Shown here: piece by piece, positions 9,338 to 17,612 of the stretch
How positions within the stretch are numbered: the first letter of the stretch is position 1
How the letters are laid out: the number at the start of each line of letters is the position of its first letter
NCBI RefSeq assembly: GCF_000016745.1
Contig: NC_009483.1
Coordinates: 3,030,001 to 3,062,000, forward strand
Source of the DNA: Geotalea uraniireducens Rf4
GTDB taxonomy: Bacteria > Desulfobacterota > Desulfuromonadia > Geobacterales > Geobacteraceae
DNA: 32,000 nucleotides
Direction: 5' to 3'
Notes under the pieces: generated by a model
Told to the model about the DNA's origin: nothing
Databases searched by the model: none
The model's input: only the letters and a program-made list of their open reading frames with translations
Translations under genes and position numbers: made by a program

Positions 9338-9769
9338 GTTTATCCCCTTCCTGTTCCCACTTACGGTCCCGCACCCTAACAGAGGTTTGTTACATCAGCA
9401 CAACAGCTGTATGAAATTTCCATTACCGAATTGAATCTTTTCCGGTCACAAAAATGTGAGTCGATCCTCTTGTCGGCCGCCGCAAATCAACCTTCTCTGC
9501 AGCGGAATATAAATCGTTACCCATTTGTCACAGGAAATATGAAAATTCAGTGCATGCTTGCAAAAATGCATGCTGGCTGACCTATGCCCAGGCATTTCAT
9601 ACCAAACTTGCCATCATTCAATGACCACGGTAGCTCCGAGTTTGTGTAAAACACGGAGGTCTGCCAAATAAAGGAAGCTTTTTGAATGGAGCCGGGTAGC
9701 TGTGCTTATTTGTTTGGAATTGTCGGCTTACGCGGAGAACAATTGTTACACGAGGAGACAAAGAGGACG

Positions 9770-11434
9770 ATGATGAAGAAAAGCTTTTCACAACTATGGA
9801 ATGGACTTGTAATCACAATATTGGCGGCATTGCTGGGAGGATGCGGCAGCTTGGCCTGGGATTCTACAACCCTGACAACCGGAGACGTCGGCATTGATGT
9901 CAGCTACGCAACTGCGCCTGGGTGTAAAAATGTATGGATAACGGTAAAGCAGCTATGGGTGCACACTAACCCCGTTGCCGAGATTACCGACAGCGGCTGG
10001 CAGAAGCTTGATTTTTCGGCCAAACCGTTGACCATTAATCTTTCTGATCCGGCACTCGGCATAGATGGTGGAGGAACGGGCGTTGCCCAGCTAGCCGACC
10101 GGCTCACGGTGCTTGCGGCCGATTACTATCAGATAAGGCTGTTTCTCGCCGCCACAGAAGATCCTTTGGCATCATCTGCAGCTGCAAAGAGCCTGAAATA
10201 CAATAACCAGGTGGACGATATCGATCCGGGCACAAGCGTCGTCACTTCCCGCCCGCTCCGCATTCCTGCAGCAAGCCAGGGAATCAGTATTGTCAGAGAC
10301 GCAAAATCCCCCATCGTCGTGCAGGCTGGGAGTTACGCACGATACGCCATTAACTTCAACCTGGCGCGGGATCTGGTTAAGACCGACCGGGAAAATACCG
10401 GAATCTATGAATATATCCTGAAACCGCAACCGCTCATCATCAATATGGCCAATGTCGGCGGCATTAAAGGAAGCCTCAAAACGTTTGCCAATATGTCCGG
10501 ATTTAATTTTGTTGTCAAGGTAGTCCAAGCCGGTAACGAAGTCTTGTCCGGCACCCCAAACGGTATTAATGCAGACGGCAATTTAGCGTTCAGCCTGTAC
10601 CCGCTACCGGTGACGAAAGATACCTACGATGTTGTCATTCAGGGACGGAAAACCGATACCTTTTTAATCCATAATATCACCGTAAAAGCAACCAATTTCC
10701 CCGTGACAGCGGAGTCACTTAAATCATTTGTCAATTTAGACCCGGTACCGATCGTCAACGGCAGTGAATACCCGATAAATTTCAGCGTGAAACCTACCGG
10801 CGCCAGCCTGAGCTTCTCACGGACATCATCTTTCAGTAGTTTAGGGGCATCATGTGTTGAATGCCACACTGGTCAAGCATCCGTCACGGAAACCTATCAC
10901 CTTGATCCGTTCAACGGCAAGTTTGCGACGCCGCTCTACCTCTCCTCCAATCCGCCCCATATCAAAACTTTTAGCGAAAAAGACTTTAAATATTTCGCAC
11001 ATGCCGACAACAATGGGGCCTACAAAGTAGTGGCGAACGCCCTCTTTCACAAACCCTCCGCCGACATGGACATCACTGCTGCCAATGCCGGGCAGACACT
11101 GAACAGCATTTCGCCGCTTGCCCTGGATACCGCTCAAGGCGTTGCCGTACAAGGGACCATCAGCCTGGGAGCTGGAGCTCCGACCGCCATGACTAAAGGG
11201 TATGTACTGGCTACTCACGGCGGCATGATAATCGACCGGGTTGAAGCGGATATGAGCGGAGCCGGCTCGTACTCTCCATTTACTCTGCCTGCCGGCCGTT
11301 TCGACTCCTACTATGGCCTCTACGCCTTTGGCTGGAACGTCAGCAGCAAAGCCGCAGGCACTGGGTCAATCGACCTTCGCAAAAGCACCACCCCATCTAG
11401 CGAGGCGGAGATCACGATGTTGCCCATGAACTAG
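9770..11434 (+). CDS. DUF4382-like lipoprotein with Ig/carboxypeptidase-regulatory-like repeats and one CXXCH motif
   Basis: I prefer the ATG at 9770 (MMKKSFSQLWNGLVITILAALLGGCGS, lipobox LGGC; AGAGGA at 9762-9767) over the track start at 9686. The N-terminal pattern VWITVKQLWVHTN...WQKLDF...LTINLSD...ADYYQIRLFL...LRIPAASQGISI resembles DUF4382. CVECH is encoded at 10853-10867. Confidence 0.65.
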   Translation: MMKKSFSQLWNGLVITILAALLGGCGSLAWDSTTLTTGDVGIDVSYATAPGCKNVWITVKQLWVHTNPVAEITDSGWQKLDFSAKPLTINLSDPALGIDGGGTGVAQLADRLTVLAADYYQIRLFLAATEDPLASSAAAKSLKYNNQVDDIDPGTSVVTSRPLRIPAASQGISIVRDAKSPIVVQAGSYARYAINFNLARDLVKTDRENTGIYEYILKPQPLIINMANVGGIKGSLKTFANMSGFNFVVKVVQAGNEVLSGTPNGINADGNLAFSLYPLPVTKDTYDVVIQGRKTDTFLIHNITVKATNFPVTAESLKSFVNLDPVPIVNGSEYPINFSVKPTGASLSFSRTSSFSSLGASCVECHTGQASVTETYHLDPFNGKFATPLYLSSNPPHIKTFSEKDFKYFAHADNNGAYKVVANALFHKPSADMDITAANAGQTLNSISPLALDTAQGVAVQGTISLGAGAPTAMTKGYVLATHGGMIIDRVEADMSGAGSYSPFTLPAGRFDSYYGLYAFGWNVSSKAAGTGSIDLRKSTTPSSEAEITMLPMN

Positions 11435-11463
11435 ACGCCGATCCGCAAGCAGAATGGTATTCA

Positions 11464-11496
11464 CGAAAGTCCCGGCTTGCCGGGACTTTCGTTTAT
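11464..11496 (+). terminator. Rho-independent terminator after the DUF4382-like gene
   Basis: CGAAAGTCCCGG-CTTG-CCGGGACTTTCG, a perfect 12-bp stem followed by TTTAT, 30 nt after the stop. Confidence 0.65.
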
Positions 11497-11500
11497 GCAA

Positions 11501-11512
11501 CCTGTTGTACAA
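11501..11512. repeat. 12-bp inverted-repeat partner A (CCTGTTGTACAA) at the left edge of the AT-rich patch
   Basis: Exact reverse complement of 12289-12300. It contains the palindrome GTTGTACAAC. Confidence 0.5.
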
Positions 11513-12087
11513 CCTTTTTCCTGAACTACCTCGAAGGTATTGAGGAAGACTATTGGGACACCTTGAACTACTTTGATAGGAATTATGTCGAAGGGCAATA
11601 AGAAGCCCCCTGCTCTTCGACAAAAACATTTCTTTTAGGGGCAGGAATAGCTGGAAGAGGAACTGAGGAAACAAGCTGGGTTAGAGACACGATTTTTTCG
11701 TGGTTTTTGGGACGGTTTGTTGCTGCTTGAGGTGAGTCAGTTTTAGATAGGGGTAATTTGCTGTTGTGCTATCACATTTTTCCTTCGGAGTATAGGCATT
11801 GTCGTCTCCTCCTTCAGTGCAGATGAACGCCATCATGTACCGGACTTTTCGATTGTGTCTCATCAACTGCAAAAAATCGCTGAATTCCATATTGGGAAAT
11901 ATTGCAATATATAAAGGCTGTTGGTTAGGAAAATGGCGAAAGCAGGACTATCTCTGCTTTACATGGAATTCAAAAAGTAGCACAAAAAAGATTACTCTCT
12001 CTGGGTGGGACTGGCAATAAAGCTGGCAAAATATCTGCGACCTTCTCACGTCTCGCTTGAGATCAATGCTATAGCTAACGCAAAAAT

Positions 12088-12122
12088 ATTGCATCGTATT
12101 GCAAAATATTGCAGCACATTGC
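12088..12122. repeat. Four ATTGC motifs at exact 10-bp phasing (12088, 12098, 12108, 12118)
   Basis: Sequence is tATTGCAtcg tATTGCAaaa tATTGCAgca cATTGCTttg. The 10-mer AAATATTGCA occurs at 11897-11906, 12084-12093 and 12104-12113. Confidence 0.6.
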
Positions 12123-12184
12123 TTTGCCACATGTCCCTGTTTTACCGTTGTTTTTGGGGGTGCTTTTGCAGATAAAGGTTACTC

Positions 12185-12220
12185 CAAATAAAAAATGGGC
12201 TAGCAAACTTGCTAACCCAT
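12185..12220 (-). terminator. Rho-independent terminator, minus-strand orientation, about 150 nt downstream of apt
   Basis: Minus strand reads AUGGGUUAGCAA-GU-UUGCUAGCCCAU, 12 bp including one GU pair, followed by UUUUUUAUUU. On the plus strand the same position is a C-A mismatch, so the minus orientation is favoured. Confidence 0.6.
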
Positions 12221-12248
12221 TGTAATAATTACGTTTTTCCCACAGTAA

Positions 12249-12274
12249 CCTTTATCCTGCTGAGCTACGGGGAC
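12249..12274 (-). pseudogene. tRNA 5'-fragment-like sequence (acceptor plus D-arm, Arg-like)
   Basis: Minus strand reads GTCCCCGTAGCTCAGCAGGATAAAGG, resembling the 5' end of tRNAs of the form GCxCCCGTAGCTCAGCTGGATAGAGC. The D-stem cannot close, and no anticodon or T arm follows. Confidence 0.3.
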
Positions 12275-12288
12275 AAAACAGATGCTCC

Positions 12289-12300
12289 TTGTACAACAGG
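12289..12300. repeat. 12-bp inverted-repeat partner B (TTGTACAACAGG) at the right edge of the AT-rich patch
   Basis: Exact reverse complement of 11501-11512. Confidence 0.5.
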
Positions 12301-12369
12301 ACACTGTATTTTGCAAGTATTTTCCAGACATTACCCTGTTTTATGAGCCGTGGCCGGACAATCCGGCCG

Positions 12370-12885
12370 TCAGAATTTCAGCAGCGAGAAGACCTTGTCG
12401 GCCGGTAATTTGTTCTTGCCGTTCAGGAATTCCAACTCGGCCATGAAGCAGCACTCGACAAGTTCCGCCCCCATGGAACTCACCATATCGACAACAGCCG
12501 CCATCGTACCCCCCGTGGCCAGCAGATCATCGGCTATCAGCACCCTCTCCCCTTTTTCAATGGCATCGGTGTGGATTTCCAGCGTGTCCGTACCGTACTC
12601 AAGCTCATAACTCTTCTTAAATGTTTCCGAAGGGAGCTTGCCCGGCTTTCTGACCAGCACGATACCTGCGCCAAGTTTATAGGCAAGGGCAGCACCGATA
12701 ATGAATCCCCGGGCCTCCACCCCCACGACCTTGTCGATTTTTTTGCCGATGTAACGGTGCGACAACAGGTCCACCATCCGCTGATAGGAGGCGGCATCGG
12801 CAAGCAATGTGGTGATATCCTTAAAAATAATGCCCTTTTTAGGGAAATCCGGGATGTCTCTTATGATGTTTTTCAACTCATCCAT
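12370..12885 (-). CDS. apt: Adenine phosphoribosyltransferase
   Basis: 171 aa. [40 protein letters not shown] and the PRPP-binding motif [24 protein letters not shown]. Confidence 0.95.
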   Translation of the reverse strand: MDELKNIIRDIPDFPKKGIIFKDITTLLADAASYQRMVDLLSHRYIGKKIDKVVGVEARGFIIGAALAYKLGAGIVLVRKPGKLPSETFKKSYELEYGTDTLEIHTDAIEKGERVLIADDLLATGGTMAAVVDMVSSMGAELVECCFMAELEFLNGKNKLPADKVFSLLKF

Positions 12886-12894
12886 ATGCTCTCC

Positions 12895-13905
12895 TTAATT
12901 GCCGGGATAATTATTACGCGCTGCCACTTCCGTAGCTTCAAGTATTTTTCTGAGCTTTTCCAAGGATTTTGCTTCGATCTGGCGAATCCTCTCCCTGGTA
13001 ACCCCGAAGCTGCGGCCTATGGTGTCCAGCGTCTGGGGGTCCTTGTCATCGAGGCCGAAACGGAGGGTCAGAATTCTTTTTTCGCTATCCGAAAGCGTTT
13101 CAAACCACTTTGAAACCATCTCATATCTGTTCACGTCTTCCAGAAGCTCTGCAGGTGATACGGTGGATGTATCCTCAATGGTATCAATCAGGAAGTAATC
13201 GTTGTTTTCCCCCATCGGCCGCTCAATGGAGTAGGTTTTTTTCAGCAAGACCATGAGTCTCCGTATGTAGGCGGAGTTAACATCCATTGCTGTCGCCACT
13301 TCTTTGATCGACGGCTCGCGGTTCACCTTTTGCACCAGTTCCCTGGTTATCCTGAGCATCTTGTTGATGTCATCGGAAACATGTACCGGTAATCTGATGG
13401 TCCGTGATTGATTAACCAGCGCTCGCTCTATGGACTGCCTGATCCACCATGTTGCGTAGGTGGAAAAACGGCATTCCTTGGAGAGTTTGAAGCGCTCCAC
13501 AGCCTTGATCAACCCCATGTTCCCCTCTTCGATCAGATCGAGAAAGGGGAGGCCACGGTTTATGTAGCGCTTGGCAATCTTTACCACCAACCGGAGGTTG
13601 GATTCGATCATCTTGTCGCGAGCAGCCTTCTCACCCTTGTCGATACGCGCTGCCAGCTCTTTTTCCTCATCGGCGGTAAGAAGTTTTGTTTTCTGGATCT
13701 CCCGCAGATAAAGCTTTATGGCGTCATCGAAATGTTCGACAACAGCAACCTTTATCTCTTCTTCCTCAACCTCCTCAGCCTCCTCAACCTCTTCTACGCT
13801 CCCAAGCTCGACTGCATCAGGCTCAAGTTCAGGCTCTATGAAGATATCGAGATCTTTATGCTGTTCGTCTCCGGCAAAATCTTCTATCAAATCATCATTG
13901 TCCAT
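12895..13905 (-). CDS. rpoS: RNA polymerase sigma factor, RpoS-like (sigma-70 family group 2)
   Basis: 336 aa with an acidic N-terminus. Region 2 reads [31 protein letters not shown], close to the E. coli RpoS motif as I recall it. Region 4 reads [23 protein letters not shown]. It sits in a surE-pcm-rpoS context. Confidence 0.82.
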   Translation of the reverse strand: MDNDDLIEDFAGDEQHKDLDIFIEPELEPDAVELGSVEEVEEAEEVEEEEIKVAVVEHFDDAIKLYLREIQKTKLLTADEEKELAARIDKGEKAARDKMIESNLRLVVKIAKRYINRGLPFLDLIEEGNMGLIKAVERFKLSKECRFSTYATWWIRQSIERALVNQSRTIRLPVHVSDDINKMLRITRELVQKVNREPSIKEVATAMDVNSAYIRRLMVLLKKTYSIERPMGENNDYFLIDTIEDTSTVSPAELLEDVNRYEMVSKWFETLSDSEKRILTLRFGLDDKDPQTLDTIGRSFGVTRERIRQIEAKSLEKLRKILEATEVAARNNYPGN

Positions 13906-13986
13906 GGCAACCTCTCGTAAAGGTATGGGTTCACTTCAGGAATCGTCTCAAAAGGCATTCTTCAGAAAGGACATAATGCGATCCAA

Positions 13987-14646
13987 TCAATCTTCACCAC
14001 TCCAACCGTACCTGCCGATCAGCTTGACAAAACGGCAGCCTATCGAATCTTCCCGCGAAACGGCCCCGTTCTCCCCCTTGGTAATTCTGACCAGGGTCTG
14101 TTCCGACTGGTTTCCAACCGGAATTACCAGCTTTCCACCGACAGCCAACTGGTCTATAAGGTGCATCGGCACATCCGGCGCACCAGCAGTAACAAGTATC
14201 GCGTCAAAGGGGGCTTCTGACGCCCATCCATCGGTACCGTCGCCGATTTTCAGATTGACGTTCAAGTATCCCAGACTGTCCAGCGCCTTGCGGGCACGCA
14301 AAGCCAGCGGACGTATCCTCTCGACGGTATAAACCCTGTCGGCAAGCTCTGCAAGAATCGCCGCCTGATAACCGGAACCGGTCCCGAGTTCCAGGACCTT
14401 TTCCTTGCCCGTCAGCTGCAACATCCCGGACATCAATGCTACCATGTATGGCTGGGAAATGGTCTGCTTTTCCCCGATCGGCAGAGATGAATCGCTATAG
14501 GCCTGGGCCGACATCGCCTCTTCGACGAAAATATGGCGGGGGACCTTGAGCATCGCATCAATCACACGCCGATCTTTAATACCACGTGCAACGATCTGGT
14601 TTTCCACCATTCGTCTTCGTGCGATGTCCAGGTTAATCATATACAT
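13987..14646 (-). CDS. pcm: Protein-L-isoaspartate O-methyltransferase
   Basis: 219 aa. [15 protein letters not shown] and the SAM motif [18 protein letters not shown]. Confidence 0.93.
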   Translation of the reverse strand: MYMINLDIARRRMVENQIVARGIKDRRVIDAMLKVPRHIFVEEAMSAQAYSDSSLPIGEKQTISQPYMVALMSGMLQLTGKEKVLELGTGSGYQAAILAELADRVYTVERIRPLALRARKALDSLGYLNVNLKIGDGTDGWASEAPFDAILVTAGAPDVPMHLIDQLAVGGKLVIPVGNQSEQTLVRITKGENGAVSREDSIGCRFVKLIGRYGWSGED

Positions 14647-14696
14647 TGACCCCTAAAGTGGATAAATATAGCAAACAGAAGCGTAAAAGTCCAGTA

Positions 14697-15443
14697 TCAG
14701 GTCAAATCCCATCTTTTCAGAGCTGCAAGTGAATTATAATTAGTGAGGTCAAGATGGAGTGGGGTTATGGAAATATGCCCGCGGGAAACGGCATTGTAGT
14801 CACTCCCCTCGATATCGCTAAAATTCAGATCTACGGTTCCTATCCAATAATAGCTGCGACCACGCGGATCGACCTTGTCAACGATCGTCCCTTCATAGGA
14901 CCTCTTCCCCTGAGTGGTAATAACGGGATGACGTAACTGCTCCGCCGGCAAATCCGGCACGTTGACGTTCAAAAAAGTATCATCAGGCAACCCTTCCCTG
15001 CTGACGATGCCGGCCAGCTTGACGACAAAAGCCGCGGCCGCAGAGTAATTACCCCCATCATTCTGGGTCACGAGCGATACGGCAATGGCGGGGATTCCCA
15101 TCAGGGTGGCTTCCATTGCCGCAGAAACCGTGCCCGAATAGGTTATATCGTCGCCCAGGTTCCCGCCACGGTTTATACCGGAAACGACAATGTCGGGTTT
15201 AAAGGAGAGAAGGCTGTGAATGCCGAGATTCACGCAGTCGGTGGGCGTGCCGTCAACAGCGAAAATGTTGTTCTCGATCCTGGTAGCCCTCAGAGGATGG
15301 TGGAGCGTAAGGGCATGCCCTACTGCACTCTGCTCCCTGTCAGGGGCTACAACATAGACTTCGCCGATTGCCCCCATCGCCTCTGCCAGCGCAGCAAGTC
15401 CCGGCGCACGGACTCCATCGTCATTAGTCAATAATATCTTCAA
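14697..15443 (-). CDS. surE: 5'/3'-nucleotidase SurE
   Basis: KILLTNDDG signature; GINRGGNLGDDITYSGTV. I prefer the TTG at 15443, preceded by GGAGG (15451-15455) with a 7-nt spacer. The track's start at 15464 is also a TTG but has no RBS. Confidence 0.93.
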   Translation of the reverse strand: MKILLTNDDGVRAPGLAALAEAMGAIGEVYVVAPDREQSAVGHALTLHHPLRATRIENNIFAVDGTPTDCVNLGIHSLLSFKPDIVVSGINRGGNLGDDITYSGTVSAAMEATLMGIPAIAVSLVTQNDGGNYSAAAAFVVKLAGIVSREGLPDDTFLNVNVPDLPAEQLRHPVITTQGKRSYEGTIVDKVDPRGRSYYWIGTVDLNFSDIEGSDYNAVSRGHISITPLHLDLTNYNSLAALKRWDLT

Positions 15444-15680
15444 AAAGATACCTCCTGCCGACAATTGAGATGAAAAAAGACGACCAACGCTTGTATGCCG
15501 CCTGAAAATCTATCAACAGGTGACAAACTAGCACTGTCCGATAGGTGAACGCAAGTGGATTACTTCGACTCGGACCAGAAGCCCGGACCCGGTTGCAGCA
15601 GATGACCAAATTCTGATCTTGTTTTGCCCTTGCTGGACAGTCGGAGATCCGCTGTTGAAGCGCCTGAAAGGTTACATGAC

Positions 15681-15708
15681 TTGCAACAGTCAAAAGATAT
15701 GATATCAA
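15681..15708 (+). promoter_or_regulatory. Possible sigma-70 promoter for the CsgD-like regulator
   Basis: TTGCAA (15681-15686), 16-nt spacer, TATCAA (15703-15708), about 35 nt before the ATG. Pattern match only. Confidence 0.25.
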
Positions 15709-15741
15709 TTATTGCAAATAGAGTTAAGGGAGATACCAAGC

Positions 15742-16461
15742 ATGACGGTTGACAACCCAGATACAACTCTTTCGACTTCATCTTCTGACTGTCTGGCTTT
15801 TATAGTCGGTCCCAACCACTTTCAAAACACCCTTCTCTCCGCTTACATCGAAACCCATAGCAAGTGGAAAAGCAGCGTTGTTGAAAGCATTGCAGCAATT
15901 CCACACAAAGACGAGAAAGAATTTCCCGGCCACACAGCGGTCCTCTTCGACTGTTTCGGCTTGAGCAGCGACAACCTGTCTGACAACCTGCTGGCTGAAC
16001 TGGAACAGTTCCCATCGAATTGGGCGAAGGCGCTGTTCAACCTGGATCGACATTCTGATTTCGAAAAGAAGTCTCTGGAGTATGGTGTTCAAGGGTTCTT
16101 TTACAACGATGATACTGTTGAAACACTCCTCAAGGGATTAACCGCCGTATTCGGCGGAGAGTTCTGGGTTTCTCGCCAGAAAATGGCGGAAACCATCCTG
16201 GAAAACGGCTTCAGGCTCAGACGCATGCAGATCCCCAGCCACGTCCACATATACCCCCATGACCTCACACAACGCGAGGTTGAACTTCTCGGCCTGCTGA
16301 CCCTCGGCTCCAGCAACGAAGTCATCGCCGACAAACTGTTCATCAGCCCTCATACCGTCCGTACCCACCTCAATCATATCTTCAAAAAAATAAATGTGTC
16401 GAGCCGGCTGGAAGCCTCGATCTGGGCTTCAGAAACCCTATTCGTCCGAAAGCATTGGTAA
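15742..16461 (+). CDS. LuxR-family transcriptional regulator with CsgD-like architecture
   Basis: C-terminal HTH LTQREVELLGLLTLGSSNEVIADKLFISPHTVRTHLNHIFKKINVSSRLEA. The N-terminal domain is laid out like CsgD (GFFYNDDTVETLLKGLTAVFGGEFWVS). I prefer the ATG at 15742 after AAGGGAG; the track starts at a TTG at 15712. Confidence 0.85.
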   Translation: MTVDNPDTTLSTSSSDCLAFIVGPNHFQNTLLSAYIETHSKWKSSVVESIAAIPHKDEKEFPGHTAVLFDCFGLSSDNLSDNLLAELEQFPSNWAKALFNLDRHSDFEKKSLEYGVQGFFYNDDTVETLLKGLTAVFGGEFWVSRQKMAETILENGFRLRRMQIPSHVHIYPHDLTQREVELLGLLTLGSSNEVIADKLFISPHTVRTHLNHIFKKINVSSRLEASIWASETLFVRKHW

Positions 16462-16481
16462 GCCGGCTCTGGCAGGTAATC

Positions 16482-16610
16482 TTATTCCAATTTCAAATCA
16501 AGGATGAAATCAAGGCGGCGAGGAGTGAGGCGACGAAGGCGTACAGATAGCACGTTGAGGAGCCGAAGACGAGCCAACGAAGATAGCGCCTTGATTTGGA
16601 ATTGGAATTA
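16482..16610. repeat. About 130-bp element bounded by 22-nt imperfect inverted repeats (MITE-like or structured RNA)
   Basis: TTATTCCAATTTCAAATCAAGG (16482-16503) pairs with the reverse complement of CCTTGATTTGGAATTGGAATTA (16589-16610), 20/22. A second inner copy AAATCAAGGCG (16507-16517) pairs perfectly with CGCCTTGATTT (16587-16597). The core is purine-rich. TTA flanks both ends. Confidence 0.45.
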
Positions 16611-16698
16611 CTTCTTTGGTGACAAATGCCCCCGCCTCTGCACATGTTGTTCGATCGACGACAGGAGGTCATCATAACCAACGAACTTAGAATCCGAT

Positions 16699-16745
16699 AA
16701 AAAAAGAAAAAGGGTTACGCCTGGGGGGCGTAACCCTTTGTTTTA
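16699..16745 (-). terminator. Strong rho-independent terminator downstream of tRNA-Pro (usable in both directions)
   Basis: AAAGGGTTACGCC-loop-GGCGTAACCCTTT. On the minus strand it is followed by TTTTTCTTTTTTTAT; on the plus strand by GTTTT. Confidence 0.75.
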
Positions 16746-16755
16746 CAGCTATAAA

Positions 16756-16832
16756 TGGTCGGTGCGAAAGGATTCGAACCTTCGACCCCTAGACCCCCAG
16801 TCTAGTGCGCTACCAGGCTGCGCTACGCACCG
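16756..16832 (-). tRNA. tRNA-Pro (anticodon GGG), CCA encoded
   Basis: Minus strand folds by hand as CGGTGCG-TA-GCGC-AGCCTGGTA-GCGC-A-CTAGA-CTGGGGG-TCTAG-GGGTC-GAAGG-TTCGAAT-CCTTT-CGCACCG-A-CCA. All four stems close. Confidence 0.93.
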
Positions 16833-16867
16833 AAACTAAATACTGAATGTTGCTTTTACTACGGTTA

Positions 16868-17221
16868 TTACAATGTGTTTCTGAGGTTTTTGAGATCAAC
16901 TATGACTTCATGAAGAATTGTCATCAGCTTTTCTTTCGGAATCTCAACGCTATTTTTATTTAAACCCGCTCTTTTCAAACCACCGGCAATTTTTTTCCTT
17001 GCGCCCTCGATGGTAAGCTTCTCATTATATAGTAACTGCTTTATTTCACGAATAACTTCAAGATCTTCCCTTGTGTAAAGTCGTTGACCGGAACGGCTCT
17101 TTTTAGGATTTAAAACATTGAATTCACTTTCCCAATAACGTAGAACCGACGGTCGTAAAGTAGTTATATCAGCAACTTCACCAATTTTATAAAAGATCTT
17201 GTCGGGAATTGCAGCTTCCAT
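16868..17221 (-). CDS. MerR-family transcriptional regulator
   Basis: 117 aa. N-terminal HTH YKIGEVADITTLRPSVLRYWESEF...RSGQRLYTREDLEVIREIKQLL. Conserved position after ihfA. Confidence 0.85.
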   Translation of the reverse strand: MEAAIPDKIFYKIGEVADITTLRPSVLRYWESEFNVLNPKKSRSGQRLYTREDLEVIREIKQLLYNEKLTIEGARKKIAGGLKRAGLNKNSVEIPKEKLMTILHEVIVDLKNLRNTL

Positions 17222-17241
17222 TAATTTATCCAGGAAGACTA

Positions 17242-17520
17242 TTACTGATTGTTGATGGCAGCTTTTAACACCTGACTCGGCTTGAAGGTAAGTATCTTTC
17301 TGGCACTGATGGTAATTTCTTCACCAGTTTGAGGATTTCTACCTCGACGATCAGCTTTTTCCTTTACCACAAAATTACCGAAACCAGCTATTTTAATCTT
17401 GTCCCCATCTTCCAGGGTATTTTTAATCAGGTCAAATACGGTTTCTACCAGCTCGGCAGATTCTTTTTTAGAAAATCCGACCTTTTCGTAAATTCTTTCA
17501 ACAATATCAGCTTTCGTCAT
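17242..17520 (-). CDS. ihfA: Integration host factor subunit alpha
   Basis: 92 aa. MTKADIVERIYEKVGFSKKESAELVETVFDLIK...GFGNFVVKEKADRRGRNPQTGEEI. Located after pheT. Confidence 0.9.
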   Translation of the reverse strand: MTKADIVERIYEKVGFSKKESAELVETVFDLIKNTLEDGDKIKIAGFGNFVVKEKADRRGRNPQTGEEITISARKILTFKPSQVLKAAINNQ

Positions 17521-17612
17521 AAACCCCTCAACAAAATCGGTAATTCGGTGAGCAGCCTGGTTAAACAGCGCGTTGGTTTATATCATAGGGGAACTATTTA
17601 ATCAACCCATTT

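Noticed and set aside
9539-9580. 13-codon mini-ORF MKIQCMLAKMHAG* in the divergent intergenic region
   Set aside because: It is created by the TGCATGCT repeats, has a very short RBS spacing, and has no supporting context.
9573-9590. Sigma-54-like TGGC...TGC element (TGGCTGACCTATGCC)
   Set aside because: The GG-to-GC spacing is one nt short of the TGGCAC-N5-TTGC consensus.
9686-9769. ATG at 9686 as the start of the DUF4382-like gene
   Set aside because: It would put 28 non-signal residues in front of a perfect lipoprotein signal. The ATG ATG at 9770-9775 has a purine-rich RBS.
12088-12122. CRISPR array (this phased repeat, and also the heptad hairpin at 21618-21702)
   Set aside because: The repeat units are only 7-10 bp, there are no spacers of 25-40 bp, and no cas genes are present in the window.
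11366-12130. Small ORFs in the AT-rich patch (11366-11674, 11681-11890, 11799-12020, 11948-12130)
   Set aside because: They overlap one another, lack convincing RBSs, have odd composition and show no recognisable domain. One overlaps the DUF4382-like gene's 3' end and its terminator, and another is built from the ATTGC repeat array. A real small gene cannot be excluded without expression data.
12352-12368. GGCCGGA-CAA-TCCGGCC hairpin as the apt terminator
   Set aside because: There is no U-run after it on the minus strand. The clean terminator lies 150 nt further on, though this hairpin may still stabilise or pause the transcript.
12571-14332. Plus-strand ORFs 12571-13113, 13408-13920 and 13718-14332
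   Set aside because: They are antisense to apt, rpoS and pcm. The 13718-14332 product is a Ser-rich low-complexity translation of the acidic rpoS N-terminus.
16493-16681. 62-aa minus-strand ORF between the LuxR gene and tRNA-Pro
   Set aside because: It runs through the inverted-repeat element, has no RBS, and gives a Cys/Arg/Ser-rich translation.
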